Source: an uncultured Clostridia bacterium | Lineage (GTDB): Bacteria; Bacillota; Clostridia; TANB77; CAG-508 | Assembly (NCBI GenBank): GCA_947594985.1 | Contig: CANQEK010000001.1 | Span: forward strand, 1 to 55,803 | Length of the DNA stretch: 55,803 nucleotides | Direction of reading: 5' to 3' | Shown here: positions 9,347-20,413 of the stretch, piece after piece | Layout of the letters: each line of letters begins with the position of its first letter | Position numbering within the stretch: the first letter of the stretch is position 1 | Position numbers and translations under genes: made by a program | Notes under the pieces: generated by a model | Seen by the model: the letters and a program-made list of their open reading frames with translations, nothing else | The model's database searches: none | Told to the model about the DNA's origin: nothing

Positions 9347-10321
9347 CTATACCTCCAAGTATTTTTTCATTGACATGGTACTTCCTATTATTCCAATACC
9401 AATGCCCAAAACAGCATATACTATTGAAATAGTTTTTGCTATTTCTGTAAAACCTAGTAAAGTTATATTAATCTTTTGTAAAACTTCTGATGACTCTACT
9501 GTTTGTATTACAAAATCGTATAATAATCCTACTATTAATAAAGTAATTACAGCAGCTATAACACCTATTATTATACCTTCTATAATAAAAGGCCATCTTA
9601 TAAAACCATTAGTAGCACCAACATATTTCATAATAGAAATCTCTTTTCTTCTAGCATGGACTGTAAGTTTTATTGTATTAGAAATTATTGTTATAGATAT
9701 TATTAAAAGTACAATAAATATAACTCCTATTGTTATTCTAATTCCTTTTACAATTTTTATTAAAGTAGGTATAACAACATCACTATTTGTTATTTCTTTT
9801 ATTATTGAATCATGTTGAGTAGATTCTTCTATTTGTAAATCAACTTCTTGATTTCTTCCTTCTGTAGCAATTTTAGCACCAATTCTTCTTATTTCATCTT
9901 GTACTTCTGTATTTTTTTCTAGATTAGTTAATGTAACAACAAAAGATGCAGGAAATATATTATTTTCCCCTTCGTATGCTTCTAAGAATTTCTCTTTATC
10001 TTTCATCATAGTTTTAAAAGTATCTAATGCTTCTTGTTTAGTTTTAAATACAACTGTATTAACTCCATCTAAAGCTTTTATTTCTGTTTCTAATTTTTGT
10101 TTTTGTTCTTCTGTTGTTTCATCCCAAATAAAAACTTGCATACCTTGTTTTAACTGTACTTGTTCTAAAACAGAATTAACATTTACACCTATAGCAAAGA
10201 AAATTCCAAAAAGAAACATTGTACAAATCATAGTCATAATTGAAATTATTGTTGATTTTTTATTTTTAAATATATTACTAAAACCTTCACCTATTAAATA
10301 TGAAAAGCCATTATATCTCAC
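9347..10321 (-). CDS. ftsX: Cell-division ABC transporter permease-like protein FtsX
   Basis: 324 aa. TM1, large extracytoplasmic loop, three C-terminal TMs (FtsX topology). Directly follows ftsE; apparent GTG start at 10321. Confidence 0.85.
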   Translation of the reverse strand: MRYNGFSYLIGEGFSNIFKNKKSTIISIMTMICTMFLFGIFFAIGVNVNSVLEQVQLKQGMQVFIWDETTEEQKQKLETEIKALDGVNTVVFKTKQEALDTFKTMMKDKEKFLEAYEGENNIFPASFVVTLTNLEKNTEVQDEIRRIGAKIATEGRNQEVDLQIEESTQHDSIIKEITNSDVVIPTLIKIVKGIRITIGVIFIVLLIISITIISNTIKLTVHARRKEISIMKYVGATNGFIRWPFIIEGIIIGVIAAVITLLIVGLLYDFVIQTVESSEVLQKINITLLGFTEIAKTISIVYAVLGIGIGIIGSTMSMKKYLEV

Positions 10322-10323
10322 AA

Positions 10324-10998
10324 TTAATACCCACCTTTTTTATCATCTCTAACGATTATACCTTTATCAATTTGTATAACCCTTTTTTTCATTTTATTTA
10401 CTATATCTTTAGCATGTGTAGCCATAACAACTGTAGTTCCTCTAGCATTTATTTCATTTAATAAATTCATTATTTCCCAAGCTGTTTCAGGGTCAAGGTT
10501 TCCAGTTGGCTCGTCCGCAATTATCATAGATGGATTATTTACTAAAGCTCTAGCTAAGGCAACTCTTTGTTGCTCTCCTCCAGATAATTCATTTGGATAA
10601 CACCTAGCTTTATTACTTAATCCAACTAAAGAAAGTACCATTGGAACATTTCTCCTTATATGTTTTGGAGTAGCTTTTACAATATACATTGCAAAAGCTA
10701 CATTTTCATATACAGTTTTATCAGGTAATAATCTAAAGTCTTGAAAAACAACCCCCATACTTCTACGCAAATATGGAATTCTTTTAGCTTTCAAAAAAGT
10801 TATATCTTTACTATTTATTATAATATTACCCTTTGTAGCTTCTTCTTCTTTTAATATTAATTTTATTAATGTTGATTTACCAGATCCAGACGTTCCTACT
10901 AAAAATGCAAATTCACCTTTATCTATTGTAAAAGTTGCATCATGAACAGCTTCTGTTCCAGTTTCATATATTTTACTTACATTTTTAAACTCTATCAT
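10324..10998 (-). CDS. ftsE: Cell-division ABC ATPase FtsE
   Basis: Start taken at internal ATG 10998 (MIEFKNVSKIY). Walker A GTSGSGKST, signature LSGGEQQRV, Walker B IIADEPT. Confidence 0.92.
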   Translation of the reverse strand: MIEFKNVSKIYETGTEAVHDATFTIDKGEFAFLVGTSGSGKSTLIKLILKEEEATKGNIIINSKDITFLKAKRIPYLRRSMGVVFQDFRLLPDKTVYENVAFAMYIVKATPKHIRRNVPMVLSLVGLSNKARCYPNELSGGEQQRVALARALVNNPSMIIADEPTGNLDPETAWEIMNLLNEINARGTTVVMATHAKDIVNKMKKRVIQIDKGIIVRDDKKGGY

Positions 10999-11107
10999 TG
11001 GATTTTTTGTATCCTTTCTTTTTGCTATCCCCAAACATAAATATACTATTTTACTAATACATGATATCAATAATGAAAAAAAAAAGCAATACCTAAATCT
11101 ATATTAG

Positions 11108-11164
11108 TTAAAAATAAAAGTGAGTTTAAATATTAAAATTCCAATTAATATTCTAAACTCACTT
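11108..11164 (-). terminator. Hairpin terminator after the 11246-11764 gene
   Basis: 11-bp arms AAGTGAGTTTA (11118-11128) / TAAACTCACTT (11154-11164) with a 25-nt loop. U-rich tract follows on the minus strand. Confidence 0.45.
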
Positions 11165-11245
11165 AAATTTACTTAATATTTAATACTATCAAAATAGTAA
11201 TTTTATACTTAATTTTTTTTGAAGAAATTAAACTTTTATTTTTAT

Positions 11246-11764
11246 CTATTGAACAAATGATAATCTTTTATCTTTTGATAAATTAAAAACTAATTTCTCT
11301 TCATTACTATAATTACAAGTAATATCAAGACTTTCTCCATTGTATTCAATTTCACAAACTCTTTTTCCTGAATCTAATTTCGTACTCATCATATTTAATT
11401 TTACACAAAGTTTTATGAAATCTACTCTCCTTAATCTGAAATAATGTAATTTTATATTATCTATATTTTCTTCATAATAATTTGAAATTTCTTCTGCTGA
11501 TAATCCTTGCGTTTCAGTATGAAGTTCCTGTAAACCTGTTTCAAATATTGTAGTAAGTGTTTTTATAATTGTTCTTCGTTGTATGCTATCGTCTTGCGTA
11601 ATCTTACTTATATTAGAAATTCCTTCAAAACTTATTCCTTCATAGTTTTCTACCACTTTTTCCTTTTCTGTTGTAACGTTTCTACTTAGTATTATCAATA
11701 ATATTAACAATACTATCAATACCATTGAAAACATTATTAATAAAATACTTGTAATTTTTTTCAT
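11246..11764 (-). CDS. N-terminally anchored hypothetical protein
   Basis: 172-aa ORF with TM ILLIMFSMVLIVLLILLIIL. Starts 20 nt after the stop of the fragmented giant gene. Confidence 0.6.
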   Translation of the reverse strand: MKKITSILLIMFSMVLIVLLILLIILSRNVTTEKEKVVENYEGISFEGISNISKITQDDSIQRRTIIKTLTTIFETGLQELHTETQGLSAEEISNYYEENIDNIKLHYFRLRRVDFIKLCVKLNMMSTKLDSGKRVCEIEYNGESLDITCNYSNEEKLVFNLSKDKRLSFVQ

Positions 11765-12070
11765 TCATTCTTTCCTTTACAAATTTATTTTCCATATTTT
11801 GAAGCAATAGTATCATCAACATAAGTCCAATCATGTATGTATTTTCCTTCATAGCATACAAATTCATCCCCTGTATTTACACCAGTTGGGTCTTTATCAA
11901 CTCGCATAAAACAATATTTTCCAGCATCTGGATGAAGGTTATTCTCATCAATATTCTCGTTGTCCATATCTATAATAAATTTACCATTTTCATATACAGT
12001 ACATCTATCTTTTTGACTCTGACTTAATACATCTCTTGTCATTGGAACACCATCATCATTTACAATATAA

Positions 12071-13576
12071 TCACAATCCATTTGCATACAAATTTTTGAA
12101 TTTTCTATACATCTTTGACAAGGTTTTCCATTTTTTTTGTACGGTCCATCGTAAGCCACATCTCGAGAAGTACCATATACACCGACTAAAAAATTGATCT
12201 TTTATCGTACTACCATTTCCTCCATAATTTACAAGTGCTTTATTTATTAAAACATATCCCATTGCCATATTAAATTTATCAGCAAACTCAGCATCACCTG
12301 TGATTTTTTGTATATCACCCGCACAATTTTCAGCACACATCATATAAGCTAATAATTCTGCTTCTCCAGGTTGGAATTTATATGGTTGTGTTCCAGCTGA
12401 ATGACCTTCATCTACTTTTATATAATCTTCTACATTTTCTACAACTGTATCATCACCATCACGCAAAATTATTCTTAAATAATTTCCTATTAATTTAGAA
12501 TCATCTCCTTGTTGTTTTTCTTTATCTTCTCCTGCTAATTCTGAAGTTTTAATAGTATAATCTTCCATAGTCTGTCCTCTCATTTCCAACAATTCATCAT
12601 TAGTATAAGTTCTACCTATAACAGTTCCTTGTTTAATAAAAATAGGATTTTTATATTCGCTTTTATCTACTGTTATATTAACATCTTTTAAACATAGAGC
12701 TGGAAATGCATTTTCTTTTACTGCCGCTTCTGCGTTTAATTTTCTATTAACCTCCTCATTTATTGTTCTCACAATTTTATCTTTAACATATTTTGTTTGT
12801 ATATTGTCATTTTGATAATTTTCATTTTTTAAATTATCTATTGTAACATTTTGAAAAGTTTCCATAGATAAAGATACTCCTGTAGAGCTATTATCTTTTT
12901 CATCAGATTCTTTAGGTAGTTCACATTTAAATCCATCTATATATATAACTTGACCTGCAATTCCAAATTTTTCATAATTCTCAACAAATTCCTTGTATCC
13001 ATATAAAGTTTTATCTAAATTATTCATTTGTTCAAGCTGTTCCTCATTATTTAACAAATCTAAATATCCACCTGATTTCTTTAACAATGAATTCAAATTA
13101 GTAGGAACATTATCACGCACCCATGTAGTATTATTTAACATTTCACTTTCAAGTTTTTGAAAATTTTCACTATCTAAAATTAATATCTTAGCATATCCTA
13201 CTTTATCAACAACTATTTCTGTTGTCTCTTCTGTTTCAGCAGTAGAAGTAGGATTTTTTGATGGACCATATTTTAAATCAACATTTGTTCTATATTTTTC
13301 TCCAGATACACTACTTACATCTTCATCTGTATATGTTCCATAATCTAAAAGAATACCTGTTACTGGTGATACAACTGGCTCATTTCCCTCAAATCCTTGA
13401 TACTGGCCTGCAGGGTTAGCATTTTCTATTCTAATTATCTTTCCAGGAGAACTTATATAAGGCTCTTGTGTCAAAAACCATGATGTAGGATCATATAAAA
13501 TTTGAGTTTCTCCTAAAAAGTTTGTTTCTACTTGATTAGATGACCTTCCGTTCAAGCCAATATTCTTCACCACCAC
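12071..13576 (-). pseudogene. Fragment 5 of the giant hydrolase gene (ends within a SleB/Hydrolase_2-like domain)
   Basis: 501 codons. The last 39 codons, after the 12188-12193 homopolymer, read as nonsense (SRCIWYFSRCGLRW...), while the next frame continues sensibly (VGVYGTSRDVAYDGPYKKNGKPC). Confidence 0.65.
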
Positions 13577-16262
13577 AATCGCAACATAAAATCTTTTGGT
13601 CTTCTTTTAAAACTTCTACAACAAATGTAACATGTCCAACATAATTAGGATCTTTTGGTGGTAAACCATTAAATTTAACAAATATATCTCCCGGTTGTAT
13701 TAAATCAAATATATTCTGGCCAGCATTTACATCAATCTCTTCCCAACCATATGATTCATTCCAGTTTCTATTAAATAAATCGTCAGTAGTTAGTTGTTGA
13801 CCCTCAAATTCTGTAAAACCATATTCATATAAAACCCATGATATAAACGAACTACAGTCTATAGTAGTACTATTATATGGTGGAATTGTAGTTCCATCAT
13901 GCTTTTGAAAAAGCTCTCCATCTTTACTTTTATCTCTAATATAATTCCAACAATTTACAGCTGTTTCTATTAAAGTAGTTCCTTTTAAGTTCTCAGCTGA
14001 ACCTGATAATAGAGATCGTTCTTTTCCTGATATCATAAATGAATCTTCATTGATATTTGCATACTTCTCATTAGAATTTTTTAATTCATCTGTTATGTTG
14101 GCCTCTGCTTGATCTTGATATGGTTCTTCATCTCCATCATCCTCTGATTCGCTTTCACCTAAAATTTCTGCCAAAGTATATTTTTTGTTCGCTACTATAT
14201 CATAATTAGAATGAATCATAGTACATAATTCATTTTCTCTTTTATCTAAAGATCTATCTGGAAAATTGTTAGATGAAATATTTGCAACTGGAAATTGTAA
14301 TATTTTTGGAGTTTCATCTGTTAATTCTTCTTTCGTAAAGTATCCAAGTTCTACAACTAATTCTTTAAAATCTTTATATATATAATCTGCATCTAAAGTA
14401 TGAGTATTTTCTAACATACTAAATGCATTAAGTGAATCCTGTTGCATTGATACTGTTCCTACATAATCTTTTAAATAGTATTTATCTTTTTTATTATTTA
14501 ACTTAACATTTTCTGGAAAATCTTCTTTTGTTGCAAAAATTGCATTTTCATCAAGATCGTTTAAATTACCAAATTTTAAATTTCTTTCATCTTCTTTAGT
14601 ATTAGGTGTTACATTAGAGATTTTATATCTTAAAGCAGTAATAATTCTAGCTGTATCTTCGCTTCCATCATATCTAAAATATTTATTTACCAAAAACATT
14701 TTCTTTATTTCTGGATTTGTCTCAGTTCTTAATCCATCTCCTGTTTGAACTATTTTTCCAACTGTTATATCTGCTGATATATTGTCCATTATTTCATCTT
14801 TAAAAGAAAAATCTTTAAATTCACCTTCGGTCTTATCTTTTTCTGTAAAAACAGCTTTTTGTCTTTCTGTTGTATTATTTACATTAAAATCATAAGCTGA
14901 ATATATTTTTTTATCACTATTTACATTCCAATTATATTTTTCTGCATCTTCCGCTGATTCTAATTTATTCGTTATAGCTTTTTTTGCAACTGGAACCCCT
15001 TCTTTATTAGCTTCTTCTTGCGTTCCATTATATATATATAATGTATCTGGATCACTATTATTAATAGCTTTAATCTTGTCTTGTGGTACTTTTTGTGATA
15101 AGTGAGCTTCATCATTTATATTTTGCCCTTTCAAGTAATTTCCATCATTATCAATTACATATAAAATAAAATCTCCAGCTTTTTCCGGTTGACATTTATA
15201 TTGTAAATTTATATCAGTTTCTTCTTCTTTTTTCTTATTTATATATGTTTCATATAGAGTCCATCTCTCATTCATTAATGATTCATATTCAAGGTCATAT
15301 GTAACAAAACCCTTTTCTTGAATTGAATCACTTTTAGCTATAAAATATACATCTCTATACCAATGATTTTTTACATTTTCAATATATGGAACGTAAGTCT
15401 CATACCCCTCTCTTTGAACTTTATTCATAATTTTAGAAAATTCTTTTCTAAATTTTCCACATTTACCTGGGCTATTATCTGTATCAATTATTACTTGCTC
15501 ATAACCTGCAATATCTATTTTAATTGTCTTATTATTATTGCTATCTATTATTTGACGATTCATAATATCTTCGTATGTTGTAGTAAAATATTTGTATGAT
15601 ATTTCTTCTGCTTCCCCTTGTTTTTTGCTTTTAAAAACATAAAAATATCTTTCATTATTATTTACTTCACCTTCATTATTTGCTAACAAAGGTGGATTTG
15701 GTAATTTTCCAGCTTCAATAGTTTTTGAAGAATATTGATTATTAATATTTTTATCTTTCAAAGCTATTTTTGAGTTTACACTGCTAGTTTCAGCATGTCT
15801 TTGGTTTGGACCTGGAGTTGAGCTTGGACTTTGGCTTGGACTTGTACTTGTACTAGAATCAGGAGAATTTGGAGTAGAAGTAGGTACTGATGAAGGTGGT
15901 TGAGTAAGTGGAACATCCGGCTCTGAGGTAGACGGAGAAGTCGTTGCTTTACTATCTGAAGGTTCAGGATTAACATCATCTTCTACAAAATTTTCTTCAG
16001 TATATACTGCTCTATATTCATAACCATCATCACCTCTTAGAACTATAACTGTTTTATATCTACAACCACAGTCATATAGTGGTGACTCAAATAGACACTC
16101 TGTATCTGATTGCGGAGTTTTGTGAATATCAGGGAAAAGTCCCTCTTGTGCGAAAGCCATATTTACAGGTATCTCATCATCATAAGCTGCATTCCTCCAA
16201 TCATCTGAAAATGTACCAAATAAACCTAAAAAACCGTTCTTTTCCGAAAAGCTTTTTTGCAA
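13536..16262 (-). pseudogene. Fragment 4 of the giant hydrolase gene (PST linker, large central region, C-terminal NlpC/P60-like cysteine peptidase domain)
   Basis: 908 codons with an apparent TTG start immediately after an in-frame stop. Cys (DCSSF) and His (GHVTF) motifs near the C-terminus. Confidence 0.65.
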
Positions 16263-16969
16263 TTATCTTCTGTTCCACCAAATTTTAATATATAGTCGTT
16301 TTTAACCTCTTCTGTTTTTTCATTTAAATCACTCAGCGTAATTTCTCTACCTTTAGAATTATATATTGGATCTATATCACCTTTTGTTTTATGTAATAAT
16401 AATTTTATTTCTGTATTTCTAAATGTAGTTGCTATATCATAAGCTAAGTCAGGCATCATTGTTGCAACTTGCACAGATATTAAAAAGTCAAGTGGCATTC
16501 CATATCTTCCTGTCCATCCATCTAAATTATATGTCATAGAATTATTTCCCCAGCCAACTCTAACTTTTAAAGTTTTATTTTTAGGATCAGCTTCTACATT
16601 ATGATAACCTAGAAATCCTGCTTCATAAGAAGAATCTTCTTCGCCTATATTTCCATTATCAACATATAGTGCAAGCATTCCCCTCTTGGAGTCCATATTA
16701 TCTGCTCCCAACCAATCAGTTACTCTAATAAAGAAGGCTGTGAGTCTTCCCCAAGAAGCCTCCCAAAGTGAATCATTCATGTTAGTAGTAACAACATTTT
16801 CATTTTTAATAGTGTACATATAATTCTCTGAAATCATATATGACAATATAAATGTGCTATTAGCTTTAATAAAATCATCATCATGTCCACAATTTTCTTT
16901 TCCACACTCACTACCGATTACATTTTTTATACCATATTCCCAAATTATTTCCATCATCATCATCAACAT
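16226..16969 (-). pseudogene. Fragment 3 of the giant hydrolase gene
   Basis: 247-codon segment. Its apparent start run MLMMMM is the DDDD-encoding GAT repeat of the previous segment read in another frame. Confidence 0.6.
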
Positions 16970-17555
16970 AATCTGTTAAAAAGCCATAACCGACTAAATC
17001 ATATCCCATGTGTTCTATATAATTTAAAGCACTAAAAAAATCCTCATCTTTTATTAAAGTCGTTGAATCTCCTCCAAAAAATTTATACATGTCGCTCGCA
17101 ACACTTTCACATATTGATTTTAATTTTTCCATAACCATTCCAGGCATAGTAATTAAAAACATTATTATACCTATAATAACTATAAGAATTGCTATACCAA
17201 TAACTACATATATTAATATTGGCCCGCAAAGCCTTTAATAAAGTTTGTTTTGCAGCTTTCTTTTTACCTGCAGAAGCTGCCTCTTTCTTTACTTTATCAG
17301 AAATTTTTTTACTTAAATCATCAGCTTTTTGGGTATTTGAGGTACTTTCTTCTTCTGATTGTTCAGATAGATTTCCTACATCTTGAGCCTCCTCTTCTGC
17401 TTGATTCTCATTATTTAATTCTTCATTTTCATCATTATTCATAATATTATTCCAATCTTTTATTCTAATATAATTAATTTTATTATATCATTAATTTCAT
17501 TTTTATTTCAACAATATTAATCAAAAAGTAACATTTTATAGCAAAAAGTAATAAA

Positions 17556-18485
17556 TTAGTTCTTTACATTTTCAATAATCTCTTTACTTGTTAATCCAAA
17601 ATATTTTAAAAGTTCCATAGCATTTCCAGATTTTCCAAAACAATCTTTAATTCCTAATTTTATTAATTTTGCAGGATATTCTTCTGTTAAAACCTCAGAT
17701 ATTGCTGTTCCTAGTCCACCTATTATACTATGATCTTCAATTGAAATAAGCTTTTTAGTTTCTTTAGCACATTTTACAATAATTTTTTTATCAATAGGTT
17801 TTATTGTATGAAAATCTACTACTCTTATGTCTATTCCTTCTTTTTCTAACTCTTCTTTTGCCTTTAATGCTTCTGCTACCATCATTCCAGTTGCAAATAC
17901 TGTAGCTTCTCTACCATTTCCAAATTGTATTGCTTCTCCTAATTTAAAATCATTATTTTCTTCATATATAATAGGAGTTACTGCTCTTCCTAATCTAATA
18001 TATACTGGTCCATTTATTTTAACAGCTTCATTTACAGCCCATTTAGTTTCAATATCATCACAAGGCGATAAAACTGTCATATTAGGAAGTCCTCTCATTA
18101 TATTTATATCTTCTAACATTTGATGAGTAGCACCATCTTCTCCAACAGTAATTCCACTATGTGTTGCACATATTTTTACATTTAACTTAGGATAGCATAT
18201 ACTATTTCTAATTTGATCATATGCTCTACCAGTAGCAAATATAGCAAATGTACTTACAAAAGGTATTTTATTACAAGTTGAAAATCCTGCCGCAGTTGCA
18301 AGCATATCTTGTTCGGCTATTCCCATATCAAAAAATCTATCTGGAAATTCTTTTTTAAATAAATTAGTTTTAGTTGCTTCAGCCAAATCAGCATCTAAAA
18401 CAACTATATTATTATTTACTTTTCCTAATTCCACTAAACTTTCGCCATAACTTTGTCTTGTAGCTATTTTTTTATTAATATCCAT
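17556..18485 (-). CDS. Transketolase, C-terminal (pyrimidine-binding) subunit
   Basis: 309 aa. Motifs ...GIAEQDMLATAAG..., ...THSGITVGEDGATHQ...; adjacent to the N-terminal subunit gene. Confidence 0.92.
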   Translation of the reverse strand: MDINKKIATRQSYGESLVELGKVNNNIVVLDADLAEATKTNLFKKEFPDRFFDMGIAEQDMLATAAGFSTCNKIPFVSTFAIFATGRAYDQIRNSICYPKLNVKICATHSGITVGEDGATHQMLEDINIMRGLPNMTVLSPCDDIETKWAVNEAVKINGPVYIRLGRAVTPIIYEENNDFKLGEAIQFGNGREATVFATGMMVAEALKAKEELEKEGIDIRVVDFHTIKPIDKKIIVKCAKETKKLISIEDHSIIGGLGTAISEVLTEEYPAKLIKLGIKDCFGKSGNAMELLKYFGLTSKEIIENVKN

Positions 18486-18510
18486 TAATTTTCCTCCAAT
18501 TTTATTTATA

Positions 18511-19329
18511 TTATAATTCTTTAAGTGCTAATTTGTACTGTTCTTCATTAGGGGCTTTTCCATGCCATCCTACCATATTTTCCATATATGAAACACCTTT
18601 TCCCTTTATCGTTTTTGCTATAATTGCTGTAGGTTTGTTTTTTGTTTTTCGAGCAATTTCAAAAGCATTTATTATTTCTTCAAAATTATGACCATCTATT
18701 TCTATAGTGTTAAAACCAAAACTCTCAAATTTTTTATCTATAGGATATGGACTCATAACATCTGTTATCTTTCCATCAATTTGCAAATTATTATTATCAA
18801 CTATTACACAAACATTATCTAATTTATAATGGCTAGCAGACATAGCAGCTTCCCAAACTTGACCTTCTTCAATTTCTCCATCTCCTAATATACAATATAC
18901 TCTATAATCTTTTTGGTCTAATTTACCAGAAAGTGCAATTCCATTTGAAACAGATAAACCTTGGCCTAATGAACCTGAAGTCATTTCTACTCCTGGTACT
19001 TTATTCATATCTGGATGACCTTGCAAATAGCTATCTATTTTTCTAAAAGTTTTTAAATCTTCTTTTGGAATAAATCCTTTTTCTGCTAAAACCGAATACA
19101 AAGCTGGAGAGCAATGTCCTTTTGATAGAATAAGTCTATCTCTATTTTCATCTTTAGGATTATTAACATTAATCCTTAATTCTTTAAAATATAATATTGT
19201 TAAAATATCTACTATTGATAATGAGCCTCCTGGATGTCCAGAAGCAGCAAAATAAACCATTTCGATAATATTTCTTCTTATTCTTCTTGATATTTCTTGT
19301 AAATTTTTTAATTCAACATCACTTAGCAT
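18511..19329 (-). CDS. Transketolase, N-terminal (TPP-binding) subunit
   Basis: 272 aa. GHPGGSLS, LSKGHCSPALY, GSLGQGLS, GDGEIEEGQVWEA motifs. Confidence 0.92.
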   Translation of the reverse strand: MLSDVELKNLQEISRRIRRNIIEMVYFAASGHPGGSLSIVDILTILYFKELRINVNNPKDENRDRLILSKGHCSPALYSVLAEKGFIPKEDLKTFRKIDSYLQGHPDMNKVPGVEMTSGSLGQGLSVSNGIALSGKLDQKDYRVYCILGDGEIEEGQVWEAAMSASHYKLDNVCVIVDNNNLQIDGKITDVMSPYPIDKKFESFGFNTIEIDGHNFEEIINAFEIARKTKNKPTAIIAKTIKGKGVSYMENMVGWHGKAPNEEQYKLALKEL

Positions 19330-19399
19330 AAAATATCCTTTCTTGTTTCATTGATTTTAGAAACATTTATATAAATTTACTTTTTATTTTCACAAATTT

Positions 19400-19428
19400 A
19401 TTATATATTATTAACTATTTTTAATCAA
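19400..19428 (-). promoter_or_regulatory. Sigma-A-type promoter upstream of the transketolase genes
   Basis: Minus-strand TTGATT (19423-19428), 17-nt spacer, TATAAT (19400-19405). Such matches are common in AT-rich DNA. Confidence 0.4.
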
Positions 19429-19473
19429 TAAATAATAAAATAAAGTATCAAGTTAAAGAGTAACGATTAAATG

Positions 19474-19507
19474 AAAAACAAAAAGCAGGAAGCAACCGCT
19501 CCCCGCC
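19474..19507 (-). terminator. Rho-independent terminator after the 19579-20235 gene
   Basis: A GC-rich island in AT-rich DNA. On the minus strand GCGGGGAGC-GGUU-GCUUCCUGC forms a 9-bp stem (two G-U pairs), followed by UUUUUGUUUUU. Confidence 0.75.
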
Positions 19508-19578
19508 TAATTTCAAATTTTATTTTTAAACATATACTCAAAAATTTATAAATTATATATAATCAATCTTATTTATAG

Positions 19579-20235
19579 CTAGAATGGGAATATTCCAAAC
19601 AAATATCCTCTTGGCATATACCACAATATTATTCCTGTAGCAATAGCATAGCCCCACCAAGGTACTGATGCTAGTAATCTTTTTGTCCACGACCAAGCAT
19701 TTCCGCCAGCTGTTTTTAAATTATCCCATGTAAATATATCTTTTAGTTTCACTCCAAAAATGGTTGCATTTGTTAAATCCATTCCAAATACATCTGTTAA
19801 ATCAATTTCCCATCCAAATACATTTATAATATTACTCTTATCTGGAATTTCATTTACAATTTCTAATTTATAACTATTTATATCATTTGCTTTAAATTTT
19901 ACTTCATATTCTTTACTTTTTCCAGAATCAAGATCAGTTATTGGAACATATTTAGTAGTAGCTAGTAAGCCTTGTTTACTGAATAATTCTATTTTAACAT
20001 ATTCTGAGCTTGGTGCATTTGAATTATTAGTTAATTTAAATTTCATAAATCCATTTACATATGATGCTTTTCCGGATACATCTGATATGTATATTTTGTC
20101 AGATGAAATATTAGCTCCCGCTTCTGTCATTGTTTTATACATACCTGATATTAGACCATCTTCTAAAATATATGATAAGAATATAAATCCTATTATTCCT
20201 AACGCATATAGAAGAAATGTTCCCATTCTTTTCAT
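19579..20235 (-). CDS. Hypothetical membrane protein (N- and C-terminal TM segments)
   Basis: 218-aa ORF. TM at FLLYALGIIGFIFLSYIL and WWGYAIATGIILWYM. Confidence 0.6.
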   Translation of the reverse strand: MKRMGTFLLYALGIIGFIFLSYILEDGLISGMYKTMTEAGANISSDKIYISDVSGKASYVNGFMKFKLTNNSNAPSSEYVKIELFSKQGLLATTKYVPITDLDSGKSKEYEVKFKANDINSYKLEIVNEIPDKSNIINVFGWEIDLTDVFGMDLTNATIFGVKLKDIFTWDNLKTAGGNAWSWTKRLLASVPWWGYAIATGIILWYMPRGYLFGIFPF

Positions 20236-20413
20236 GATTTTTCCCCTTTATATTAATATTTTACTTAATTATTATACAACGAAACTAATAATTTGTAAAT
20301 ATTTGTAAAAATTTATTTACTAAAACAAAAATCTCTAATTACTAACTACTTAATTATACTGTTATTTTTATTTTATTATAATTTTTCAATCTAGTTTTTT
20401 AACAATTAATATC

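Larger units (their letters stand above)
11785..17442 (-). pseudogene. Giant (about 1880 codons) membrane-anchored multidomain peptidoglycan hydrolase gene, broken into six overlapping reading-frame segments
   Basis: Segments 17442-17107, 17162-16911, 16969-16226, 16262-13536, 13576-12071 and 12159-11785 overlap pairwise in different frames and read as one protein when joined. Order of parts: acidic N-terminus, TM (PILIYVVIGIAILIVIIGIIMFLI, split across frames), Pro/Ser/Thr linker, NlpC/P60-like domain (IDCSSFISWV...GHVTFVV), SleB/Hydrolase_2-like domain (ELLAYMMCAENCAGD...MGYVLINKAL). Confidence 0.7.

Noticed and set aside
11682-11867. 61-aa minus-strand ORF bridging the end of the giant gene and the 11246-11764 gene. 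Also the 67-aa ORF at 15776-15979.
   Set aside because: Both are alternative frames of better-supported coding sequence. The second is a Leu/Gln-rich reading of the Pro/Ser/Thr linker DNA.
11785-17442. The giant hydrolase as part of a prophage or conjugative element.
   Set aside because: No integrase, recombinase, relaxase, coupling protein, capsid or tail genes, or att-like flanking repeats occur nearby. The flanks are transketolase and ftsEX-associated genes.
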